This document shows, piece after piece, positions 38,349-46,323 of a stretch of DNA of 64,000 nucleotides (its first letter is position 1; the number at the start of each line of letters is the position of its first letter). Source of the DNA: Candidatus Micrarchaeota archaeon (GTDB lineage Archaea; Iainarchaeota; Iainarchaeia; Iainarchaeales; JAGVWC01); contig JAZDJR010000014.1 of the NCBI GenBank assembly GCA_043803815.1, positions 26,822 to 90,821 of the forward strand, in the 5' to 3' direction. The notes beneath the pieces were generated by a model. It was not told where the DNA came from and made no database searches. It saw only the letters and a list, made by a program, of their open reading frames with translations. Made by a program: the position numbers and the translations under genes.

Positions 38349-38918
38349 TTATTTGATTTCCAGCTTTTTTTTGAGGCGTTCGATGGTTTCAAGGCCGTGC
38401 GAAACTTGAGGCAACATTCCGATGATGATGCGCCGGATTCGTCGTGCCATGATGACGTCAAATTGGCCGGATTGGCAGGTAATGGCGGAATTGCAATGCT
38501 GGTAAATCCGGCATAATCGGTTTTTCGATTGGTGCAAGTCTTGCTCGGCTTTTCGGATGGCGTTCGGCGTGGGCCGGATGCCTCCCCTGTTCAGGAACCG
38601 TTCAAAACGGTCGAGTTCGGGAATGGTTTGGGAAATGCGGTCGGATCCTTTTTTGATTTCGTCGGCGAATTGTGCAAGTTTGTTTGCTTTGCGTTTGGGT
38701 CCAATGCTCTTTTTTCGGGCTTTGGCGAATTCGGCTTGCAACACCGCCAAGTCCTGCGGGGGGCGATTGGCAAAAAAATTGTTTTGGGCGACCAATGCTC
38801 CGATGGTCACGGGTTTTTTGGATTGCAATAGGGAGTTCAAGTTTTTGGCCATGCGCCGCGCACTTTTGCGAAGGCTTTTTTCGCGTTGTTTTCCGGTTTT
38901 CCAAATTCGCTTAGGCAT
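38349..38918 (-). CDS. Basic hypothetical protein, translationally coupled to the upstream 548-aa gene
   Basis: 189 aa, Lys/Arg-rich N-terminus, C-terminal C-x6-C-x5-C-x4-C cluster. 4-nt gap to the upstream gene's stop. Confidence 0.4.
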   Translation of the reverse strand: MPKRIWKTGKQREKSLRKSARRMAKNLNSLLQSKKPVTIGALVAQNNFFANRPPQDLAVLQAEFAKARKKSIGPKRKANKLAQFADEIKKGSDRISQTIPELDRFERFLNRGGIRPTPNAIRKAEQDLHQSKNRLCRIYQHCNSAITCQSGQFDVIMARRIRRIIIGMLPQVSHGLETIERLKKKLEIK

Positions 38919-38921
38919 GCA

Positions 38922-40568
38922 TCATGCTCCGGATTGGCTTAAGGTGGGGCGAAGCAGGACGCGGTAGGGTTTTCGGTTTTCAATCCGGACTCCGGCGTCG
39001 TTTTGGCCGACAATGGAAATTTCACAGGAAATGTTTTCGAACAAGGATTGGTTTACGTCGCTTGGTTTTGCGGCGGAGACAAAAAATCCGATTCCGTTGG
39101 CGCTGGCGGTTTTCAAATCATTGAGGATGAGTTCCTGTATTTTCCAGTCCGCTTGGCGGCCCAAAAGGTTTTCGATTTCGGGCAAAGCGATTACGGCTTT
39201 GACGGGTTTTGAATTGCCCTGCGTTTTGTAATAATCGTTTAGTTCGCGGATTAGCGCGTGCAATAAAATCAGTTTGGCGCGGTTGTCCCATTCGTTTAGC
39301 TTGAGCAGGCTTGCGCGCCCAAGGCCGGTTCCCCAGCTTTTGGCCAGTTCATTGACTTGGTTTGGGCCGTTGAATACTCCCGGATACCGGTTTTCAATGA
39401 GCAGGCAAAGGCGAACCGCTTTTCGCAGCTGGAATTGCGTTCTTTGGTTTTTGGGCTGCAGTATGCCGATTCGTTCGATAGTTTGGCTCCAGTTTTGCGC
39501 CAGATTGTTGGACAAAATATCGTGTATAACGCTTACCGCGGGGGTTTGCCCGGTCCGGAACAAATCCAATGCCGCCATTACGTCGATTTTGGACAGGTTG
39601 ATTTTGACGTTTGAGGGAACCGTCATTTCCAAAACCGGAAATCCGATGGGTTCCAAAGAAACCTTGTTTTTGGCAAGTTCGGTTCGGCTGGGATTCTGGT
39701 TTTGCAGGCCGTCCAGATGGTTTTTGGGGTCGAATGCCAAAACACCCGTGGAAGAAAGCAATGCACTTTCCACAAATACCTGCAATAAGCGGTAGCGGTC
39801 CTGCGGTGTTCCTCCGGAAGCCATTGTTTTTTTGAACAATACGAACGGTTCCTGAATTACGGTTTGGTTTTTGTCCAGGCCAAGCCAGAATTGGCCCGTA
39901 TTGGGGTATTGCACGTCGACCGGTTTTTGCTCGGTGTTTTGAACGGCTAAAGTTTGAATGGAAGCGCCGCTTAATGCCAGCCAGTTTAAAGGGGATGAAA
40001 AAAAAGCGGTTTTTTGCTGGTCGGATGCCTCGTGAAGCGGCCTTATTTCAAGTGAAAGCGCTTTGGCTCTGGCAAGCACCAATTTTTCGGCTTGCTGCAA
40101 TTGCGTTTCAAGCGTTTGCAGTTCGGAATTGATTTTGTCGGTTTCGTTGATGCAAAAAACGGGTTCGCTTTGAACGAATAAGAATCCGAAAAATCGGTCT
40201 TGGCTTTTTTTGGTTATCGCAAGGCCGCTTCCCGAAAGCAGGACCAATAGCGGTTCGGGGTCTTCTTTGGTGACAAACGCTTTGTACAGTTCAAGGGCCA
40301 GGCCTGCGGATTCTTCGGCGGTTTTTTTTTCAAAAACCACGACCAATAATCGCCCGGCGTTGTCCGTCCAGATTTGGGTTTGGTGGCCCTGGCTGTCGCC
40401 TTCGGACAATATTTTCCAGTTTTCGCTTAAAATCAACCCATCGCCTTTCGATAGGTTTAATGAATTTTGAAGTATAAAAAAACGGGTGGCTTCAACCAAA
40501 GGCCATTTAAATACCTTTTTTCCTATTTTTAGCGTTATGGTCGACCGTGAAGTCGTATTGTCCACCAT
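38922..40568 (-). CDS. Large hypothetical protein (about 548 aa from Met at 40568)
   Basis: The ORF-track version runs to 41066, but its first ~153 aa are S/E-rich and antisense to a plausible + gene. Trimmed to the internal Met. No Walker motif seen. Confidence 0.4.
   Translation of the reverse strand: MVDNTTSRSTITLKIGKKVFKWPLVEATRFFILQNSLNLSKGDGLILSENWKILSEGDSQGHQTQIWTDNAGRLLVVVFEKKTAEESAGLALELYKAFVTKEDPEPLLVLLSGSGLAITKKSQDRFFGFLFVQSEPVFCINETDKINSELQTLETQLQQAEKLVLARAKALSLEIRPLHEASDQQKTAFFSSPLNWLALSGASIQTLAVQNTEQKPVDVQYPNTGQFWLGLDKNQTVIQEPFVLFKKTMASGGTPQDRYRLLQVFVESALLSSTGVLAFDPKNHLDGLQNQNPSRTELAKNKVSLEPIGFPVLEMTVPSNVKINLSKIDVMAALDLFRTGQTPAVSVIHDILSNNLAQNWSQTIERIGILQPKNQRTQFQLRKAVRLCLLIENRYPGVFNGPNQVNELAKSWGTGLGRASLLKLNEWDNRAKLILLHALIRELNDYYKTQGNSKPVKAVIALPEIENLLGRQADWKIQELILNDLKTASANGIGFFVSAAKPSDVNQSLFENISCEISIVGQNDAGVRIENRKPYRVLLRPTLSQSGA
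40500..40513 (+). promoter_or_regulatory. Archaeal TATA box (tttaaata) about 28 nt upstream of the ATG of a leaderless gene
   Basis: ggccatttaaatacc at 40501-40515; ATG at 40537. Confidence 0.45.
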
Positions 40569-41094
40569 CCGAAAAATGCTGGACGCGGGCCTAAACGACC
40601 AGGTCATTACCACTACTTTGTCCGATGTCGGTTTGACCCCTGCTGAAATCAAATCGTATCTTGGCGAAGCCAAAAAACCGGTCGATTCCCGCCAAGCGCG
40701 GGCTTCTGTCGAGCCTGTTGTTTCAGCGGAATCTTCATTGGATTCTTCGGCTTCTTCCGATTCGGATTCTTCGGTTTCCGATTCTGTCCAAAACCCGCTA
40801 GCCGAAGAAAACGAGTTGCTGCATGAAACCACGCATTTGTCCTTGGCGGAAAACCAGGAAGTCTTGCAGGAGTTGACCGACCGCTTAAGCCGCATCGAAT
40901 CCTTATTGGCAGCATTATCCAAGATTCCAGTTTCGGAACTGAATATCAAAATCGGCTCTTTGGACAAGAAAATTTCGGACAATATCCGCGAAATTGCGGA
41001 TGTAAAAGCACAGACTTCCGCTTTGCTGGAAATACTGGAAAAAATTCTGGAAACCGACCGGAACACGCTGTTGGAACTTCAAAAGAAAAAATAA
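40537..41094 (+). CDS. Hypothetical protein: small N-terminal globular domain, acidic Ser-rich linker, C-terminal coiled coil
   Basis: MVDREVVLSTIRKMLDAGLNDQVITTTLSDVGLTPAEIKSYL... then SSLDSSASSDSDSS, then heptads. TATA box at -28. Confidence 0.5.
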   Translation: MVDREVVLSTIRKMLDAGLNDQVITTTLSDVGLTPAEIKSYLGEAKKPVDSRQARASVEPVVSAESSLDSSASSDSDSSVSDSVQNPLAEENELLHETTHLSLAENQEVLQELTDRLSRIESLLAALSKIPVSELNIKIGSLDKKISDNIREIADVKAQTSALLEILEKILETDRNTLLELQKKK

Positions 41095-41131
41095 CTGTCC
41101 GTCTCGTCGCCGCTGGCGGGCTGTTTTGGGT

Positions 41132-41344
41132 TTAAGCGATGCGGTTGGTTTTTATCCCGTTCAAATAAGATTTGATATTTTGGATTGTTTCTTTTCGAAG
41201 CCTTGCTTGGGCTTTGGGGGTCATCCAGCCAAAGTGCGGGGTCAAATAGGCGTTGTCGAGTTTTTGGAATTGTTTTCGAATTTTGGGTTCTTCGATGGCT
41301 TCAAACCATGCGTAAAAATACAAAAAAATAAACGCGGTTTTCAT
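41132..41344 (-). CDS. Small hypothetical protein (70 aa)
   Basis: ORF only. Aromatic-rich N-terminus. Confidence 0.2.
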   Translation of the reverse strand: MKTAFIFLYFYAWFEAIEEPKIRKQFQKLDNAYLTPHFGWMTPKAQARLRKETIQNIKSYLNGIKTNRIA

Positions 41345-41404
41345 GAATGGTTCCGACTGTTCCAGCTTTTACCATTTAGCGGTTGAGCGGGAAACCCCGC
41401 GACT

Positions 41405-42283
41405 TTAGGATTCGATGTACAGAACGGTTATTCTTCTGAGGGACACTCCTTCCTTGGATGTGCCGGCATCAAATTCGGTTGATTTTATTTTTAAATAGGA
41501 TACTCCGCTTTCCGTTTCTTCTATTAGGACCGTGTCCCCTGCGTCCGATTCATAGATTCCGTTTAATATTTTTGGCTCGTACGTTCCCGCGTCGGTTCGA
41601 GTAAGCACGTACCACCTCACGAGGTTTAGGCCGTAGGTTGTCGAAACGCCGGGCGAAAAGAAGCTGTCGGTTCCGCCCGTATAATCCAGGCCGAAAAATA
41701 CTTTTTTTACATTGCTGCCAACGAAGGCTTGGATCTTTCGGTATCCCCCGCTTTCAAACAAATTTCCTTTAACGTAATGATGAATTGAGAGGCTCAAGGG
41801 TTCTGCTAGGGCCGCGTTGGCGGCTTCCAAATCGGAGAGGCAGGAATTTTTTTCTCCAAGTAAAGTTTCTTTCATGGCATTGCAGTCATTGAACTGGTTT
41901 TGAACGCCGGCTTTTGCCTCAATGCACGTGGTTAACTGGGAACTCAAGGAGGCAGCCACGGCATTGCAGTCCGCGGATACCGGGCAAACCGGGCAGTCGC
42001 AATCCACCTCCGGACAATTGCAATCGGGATTTGCCAGACTGGTTTTACAGGTTTCTTTTTCTTCAAGGCAGTTTGAAAGGTTTTCATTCACTTGATTGTA
42101 TTGAACCCGCAGTTCATCCAAAGTAGCTGCCGCGTTTTCAGTATTTTCCCCCGTGTTTTCCGGAGAAATCTGCCGTTGCAACGGAGGAGTGCTTGCGTTT
42201 TGTTCCGGCTGGCTAAGGGTACAGCCGCCCAACAGAATCAAACCGGTTACTACAAAAAAAAGAACCATTATTTTTGCTTTCAT
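41405..42283 (-). CDS. Predicted Cys-rich lipoprotein
   Basis: MKAKIMVLFFVVTGLILLGGC lipobox signal. Cys-rich mid-section (CNCPEVDCDCPVCP). Confidence 0.45.
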   Translation of the reverse strand: MKAKIMVLFFVVTGLILLGGCTLSQPEQNASTPPLQRQISPENTGENTENAAATLDELRVQYNQVNENLSNCLEEKETCKTSLANPDCNCPEVDCDCPVCPVSADCNAVAASLSSQLTTCIEAKAGVQNQFNDCNAMKETLLGEKNSCLSDLEAANAALAEPLSLSIHHYVKGNLFESGGYRKIQAFVGSNVKKVFFGLDYTGGTDSFFSPGVSTTYGLNLVRWYVLTRTDAGTYEPKILNGIYESDAGDTVLIEETESGVSYLKIKSTEFDAGTSKEGVSLRRITVLYIES

Positions 42284-42540
42284 TTACCGGTGCCCCGCTA
42301 CCGGCAACAAAAAGGCCGTTCTAATATTTAAGTTTTTGCATCCCGCCGCTTTACGACCTCGTCGTTTTAGCCCGTGTTTTTGTTAGCAGTATAGATTTTC
42401 CAAACCAAAGACTGAAAAGTTTGGAACTCCAAAAGAGCAATTTGATTTTTTTTAATTGAACGAAAAATTTGAACGAAAAAATAACCGCTTTTTGGATTTT
42501 CGATTTCGAATTTCGTTTTGTTTTCTCTGGATTTTTTTCT

Positions 42541-43107
42541 TTATTTGAACAGCTTGAATAATTCGTCCATGATGTTTTTGGCCCCTTTGGCGATTCGCAA
42601 GGGAAGGTTTTTGGACTGCAGTTCGCCTTTTTTGGCGGAAGCAAAGTCGCCGAGTTTTCCGCCACTGGCTTTGAATCCTTTTTCCAAAATATCGGTTTTT
42701 GGATACTGGCCTTTGGCGCTTCCGACATCGGTCTTGAGTTCCTCGTAGTTTTCCCTGGCTTTGCGGTAAACTTTTTTTCCGCCGAAAATCGGGTAAGAAA
42801 GCAAAAACAGGGCTATCAATACGCCGCCTAAAATAACCGCCAAAAAAATTTGCTGGACAACCACTAACAGTATGATTCCGGCGACCAAAAACAGTGGAAT
42901 CCAGTATTCGTTCTGCAAAAATTCTTTTTGGCCGGTGTGCCAAAAATATCCGGCAAGAAAAAAACCGGACATCCAAAGAACCGTTTCCAATGTGGGTTCA
43001 AGCCACACGGCCAAAGCGCCGATAACGATTGAAAGCCAATAGGTTTCCGAACTGGCTCCCAGCAGAATCAGAATGCCGGAAACCACCAGCAAAAACGGGT
43101 TGGTCAT
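42541..43107 (-). CDS. Small-membrane-protein paralog cluster, member 1 (4 TM plus basic tail)
   Basis: Hydrophobicity pattern. Same strand and tight spacing with the next four genes. Confidence 0.45.
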   Translation of the reverse strand: MTNPFLLVVSGILILLGASSETYWLSIVIGALAVWLEPTLETVLWMSGFFLAGYFWHTGQKEFLQNEYWIPLFLVAGIILLVVVQQIFLAVILGGVLIALFLLSYPIFGGKKVYRKARENYEELKTDVGSAKGQYPKTDILEKGFKASGGKLGDFASAKKGELQSKNLPLRIAKGAKNIMDELFKLFK

Positions 43108-43118
43108 GATTTTCTCCG

Positions 43119-43439
43119 TTAATATCCCGGCGGCGCGCCCATTAGTCCGCTTAAGTCTCCCATTCCTCCGGCTCCGCCGTACGGGTCGGGTTGCTTGTTT
43201 TCTCCGGAAAGCGCCAAGGACAAAATAATGAGCCCGAAAATGATGTACAGCGCATTTTCCTTGATATTGCCCTGAAAAACAAACACCAATACAAGGGCCG
43301 CAATCACCAATACCAAGGTATTCCAGCCGCGCATGGTTAAAATCATGAGCAGCCCGACGGCAAACGCGAGCCAGTAGGCGTCATAGGATGCCGCGAGCAT
43401 GATGATGACTACGCCGGTCAAAAAATTCATGGTGTCCAT
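43119..43439 (-). CDS. Small-membrane-protein paralog, member 2 (Gly/Pro-rich C-terminal tail)
   Basis: 3 TM, then ...PYGGAGGMGDLSGLMGAPPGY. Confidence 0.45.
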   Translation of the reverse strand: MDTMNFLTGVVIIMLAASYDAYWLAFAVGLLMILTMRGWNTLVLVIAALVLVFVFQGNIKENALYIIFGLIILSLALSGENKQPDPYGGAGGMGDLSGLMGAPPGY

Positions 43440-43448
43440 ATTTTTGAT

Positions 43449-43691
43449 TCACTTTCCGGGGGATTTGTCCCAGAGTTCTTTTCCAAAGGTGGCGAATAAA
43501 AACAAAAACACGGTGAGCCAGACCAGTTCGCGGTATTGGAATACGGTCAGGTAAACGATGACTGCGGCAAAAATAATGGCGAGTTTGGAGCTGCCCAAAG
43601 AGCCTTTGGCCCAGCCGAACAGCCAGATGAAAAAAAACAGAATTAGGGCGATTTCGACATTGCCCAGCAATGCGTCGGTGTAAACGTTCAT
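43449..43691 (-). CDS. Small-membrane-protein paralog, member 3
   Basis: Trimmed to MNVYTDALLG. The ORF-track N-terminus is His/Arg-rich and is the antisense frame of member 4. Confidence 0.4.
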   Translation of the reverse strand: MNVYTDALLGNVEIALILFFFIWLFGWAKGSLGSSKLAIIFAAVIVYLTVFQYRELVWLTVFLFLFATFGKELWDKSPGK

Positions 43692-43693
43692 TT

Positions 43694-44026
43694 TTATTCG
43701 CCTTTCCAAAACAAAAATCTTGCAAACCATGTAATAAGGGATGCTCCGCCAAACGCCAGCAGAATGGTGAGCAGGTAAAAGCCGCTGGCAATAAGGAAGT
43801 ATTTGAACACGAGAAAATAAATCAGTATCGCGCTGATGATAATGGTGGGCATGCCGTCTCCGATGGAGCCGCGCACGTTCATAAAAATGGCAAACGACAA
43901 AACGATTCCCATGACGATTTGGGCCTGCGGAACCAGGATTAACACGACCATGGAAATGGCCACCAGCACCACGGCAATCAGGATGTAATACAGCAGTAAG
44001 TTTCCGTTTTGGTTCATTTTTCTCAC
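43694..44026 (-). CDS. Small-membrane-protein paralog, member 4
   Basis: 110 aa, 4 TM. Confidence 0.45.
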   Translation of the reverse strand: MRKMNQNGNLLLYYILIAVVLVAISMVVLILVPQAQIVMGIVLSFAIFMNVRGSIGDGMPTIIISAILIYFLVFKYFLIASGFYLLTILLAFGGASLITWFARFLFWKGE

Positions 44027-44195
44027 ATTCCATTTATTTTTTTTGAATCGTTTGCTTGATTTTTTTAATCTTTTTTTGGCCGGTTTTCGGATTTATTGAT
44101 TTTGTTTTTCGGCTGTTTCGTTGAATTTATTCTTTTTGATTTTTTTATCGGTTTTTCATGTTATTTTATTCTTTTTTTTGGTTAATCGTTTTGAT

Positions 44196-44594
44196 TTAGC
44201 CCGGCGGCGGCGCGCGGGGCGGGTGTCCTCCTCCGCCGTGCGGGGCTTTGTGCAATATGTCTTGCCGTGCCTTGGCGTCCATGCTGTTGGGGCCTTCCAT
44301 TTCTCCGCCTTTGACGTGGCGCGCCTGAAGCGGCGTTGACATGAAGAAAAAATCAATCAAAAAGCCCACAAAGCCAAGGGCCAAAACCATATACAAAATG
44401 TAAACCGGCCCGAATATTTTCCACGAATCAAAAATCACAAAATAGGCGAGTATGGCCATGACAATCCAGGCCATGGGACCCTTGCCCAGATGGTTGAGCA
44501 CAAAGGACATTATCATGACTAAAACGAGAATTTTGAGGATAATGTTGAAATCCTGGAACATCTGGAATAATTGCATGCCGGTAATGGGGTTCAT
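44196..44594 (-). CDS. Small-membrane-protein paralog, member 5 (Gly/Pro-rich tail)
   Basis: 3 TM, then ...HGGGGHPPRAPPPG. Confidence 0.45.
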   Translation of the reverse strand: MNPITGMQLFQMFQDFNIILKILVLVMIMSFVLNHLGKGPMAWIVMAILAYFVIFDSWKIFGPVYILYMVLALGFVGFLIDFFFMSTPLQARHVKGGEMEGPNSMDAKARQDILHKAPHGGGGHPPRAPPPG

Positions 44595-44691
44595 ACGGCA
44601 GATTAGGTTTTTAGGAAAATAAAAGGTTTTTGGGGTCGATTGACGAAATCGGGCGGGTTTTTTAATCCCTTTTGCTCTATAGTGATTTAGT

Positions 44692-44883
44692 ATGTCGGAA
44701 TACGACTTTTACCTCAAAAACGACCTAACCCGGTTTAGCGGAGAATGGGTGGCCATTTTCGGCGAAAAAGTAGTCGGTCACAATAAGAGCTTTAAGGAAG
44801 TCGCCGAAATGACGGACCGCGAGTTTCCGGGAAAAAAAGTCTTAATTGCACGTGTTCCAGAACCGATTGCGCAGTTGTTGTAA
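44692..44883 (+). CDS. Small soluble protein (63 aa), translationally coupled to the downstream aspartic protease
   Basis: Stop at 44883 and the next ATG at 44885. Confidence 0.45.
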   Translation: MSEYDFYLKNDLTRFSGEWVAIFGEKVVGHNKSFKEVAEMTDREFPGKKVLIARVPEPIAQLL

Positions 44884-44884
44884 T

Positions 44885-45304
44885 ATGTCTTTTTTGTTTC
44901 GTTTCCGAAAAGACCGCGTTGAAGACGGATGGGTATCTCGGCCCAAAATCAAAATTACGCTGATTCACCAAAACAAAAGCAAGGAAGTCATCGCCGTTTT
45001 GGACACCGGTTCGGACCTTGTTTTTATTCCGGCAGAAATCGCGGAATATTTTGATTTGGCGCTTTCCGAAAAGGAATTAATTGCGCAAGGCATTGAGACG
45101 AATTTTTCCTACAAAACCGCCAAAATTCAAATCAAGCTGGAAAACCCGCATAATTCCTACAAAAAATCGGTTTCCGTCATGGTTCCCGCCAAAGAAACCA
45201 TGCACCGCGACGTTATTTTGGGTTCGGAATTCCTGAAAGACTTCTCGGTTCTGTTTGATTACCCGAACGAAACCGTAAAACTGACCCAAAAAACAAAAAA
45301 ATAG
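44885..45304 (+). CDS. Retropepsin-like (clan AA) aspartic protease
   Basis: VLDTGSD catalytic D-T/S-G motif, followed by a hydrophobic flap region. About 140 aa, typical single-lobe retropepsin size. Confidence 0.6.
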   Translation: MSFLFRFRKDRVEDGWVSRPKIKITLIHQNKSKEVIAVLDTGSDLVFIPAEIAEYFDLALSEKELIAQGIETNFSYKTAKIQIKLENPHNSYKKSVSVMVPAKETMHRDVILGSEFLKDFSVLFDYPNETVKLTQKTKK

Positions 45305-45489
45305 AATGGAAAATGCGCGTACTGAGAATCCAAGGCGGATTGAATTCCTAGCTTGTCCAACCGGACTAAAACCGGCCAAACGCCCTAGCACCAGCACACT
45401 CAAAATATTGCATTCGATAAACTATAAATAAGTATGCTTTCGGTTAATTGCCGAAAACCGTTAGGATCACCGTTATATTTTGCCTATTA

Positions 45490-46323
45490 TTACGCTCTGC
45501 TTAGGGTGTGCTGCCGTGGTCGCAAACGCGTTTTTGTTTTCGCAGCAGGTTCCTCAACTTTAAATTTTTGCCGTATGGCTCGCATTTGTCCTAATCGAAG
45601 CCAAATCGCCTGTGCTTGCAAGTTCTCCCGCCAAAATCGAAGCCCTTTTTTGGTAATGCCTCCGTTGGATTCCAAGTATCCGTTCTGAACCATTTGTTTT
45701 TCCCAAATTGGAACTTGCAGGGCATCCATTTTTTTCGGAGGGCTAACCCATAATAAAAGTATGGCGTCTTCGCCGTGTTTTTCAAATAAGTTTCGGACCC
45801 GACTTTGCCGCTTTACTGTCTGAATAAAACTTGGCAATAATGTGCTCAGTAAAGCAAGTCCTCTAATCGGATACCCATATTTTATTGCAGAAAGCGCGAG
45901 ACCGGCAACCGTGACTCTGGGTAATGCGGTAAAACCCTGACTATAATTGGCCAATGCTTCCAAATAGAGATTATTATTTGGATTAGCATTCGTGGGTTCG
46001 AGCCATTGAACCGCTTTTTTTTGGAACGCGTATTTTTTTTTCAAGCGCCCGATGCGGCTTTTACTATTAACTGATTTTAATCCGGGAACAAACTCTTGGG
46101 GTCTGGAAAGTATTTGCAATCCGTGGCGGTACTCATGTGACAATACTGATTCATTTCGTATGCTTCGAACGGAGTGAGTGCTTATATTATAATTTGGGTC
46201 CGTATTGGAACGGTCAATAATTGGTTTCAATTCCGATATGGGAATTCCGGTAATTTGAGAAAATCGCTTAAACAGGCGTTCCGTGCTAAATGTGCGTTTT
46301 TGCATAACCGTTATTGGATGCAC
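45490..46323 (-). CDS. Hypothetical protein
   Basis: ORF only. Confidence 0.35.
   Translation of the reverse strand: MHPITVMQKRTFSTERLFKRFSQITGIPISELKPIIDRSNTDPNYNISTHSVRSIRNESVLSHEYRHGLQILSRPQEFVPGLKSVNSKSRIGRLKKKYAFQKKAVQWLEPTNANPNNNLYLEALANYSQGFTALPRVTVAGLALSAIKYGYPIRGLALLSTLLPSFIQTVKRQSRVRNLFEKHGEDAILLLWVSPPKKMDALQVPIWEKQMVQNGYLESNGGITKKGLRFWRENLQAQAIWLRLGQMRAIRQKFKVEEPAAKTKTRLRPRQHTLSRA

Noticed and set aside
40537-40568. Apparent 32-nt palindrome containing both divergent ATGs
   Set aside because: On checking, only the terminal atggt/accat pentamers are self-complementary. It is not a true palindrome.
38922-41066. Full 714-aa ORF as given
   Set aside because: The first ~153 aa are S/E-rich and antisense to a + gene with a good TATA box. 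The internal Met at 40568 was preferred.
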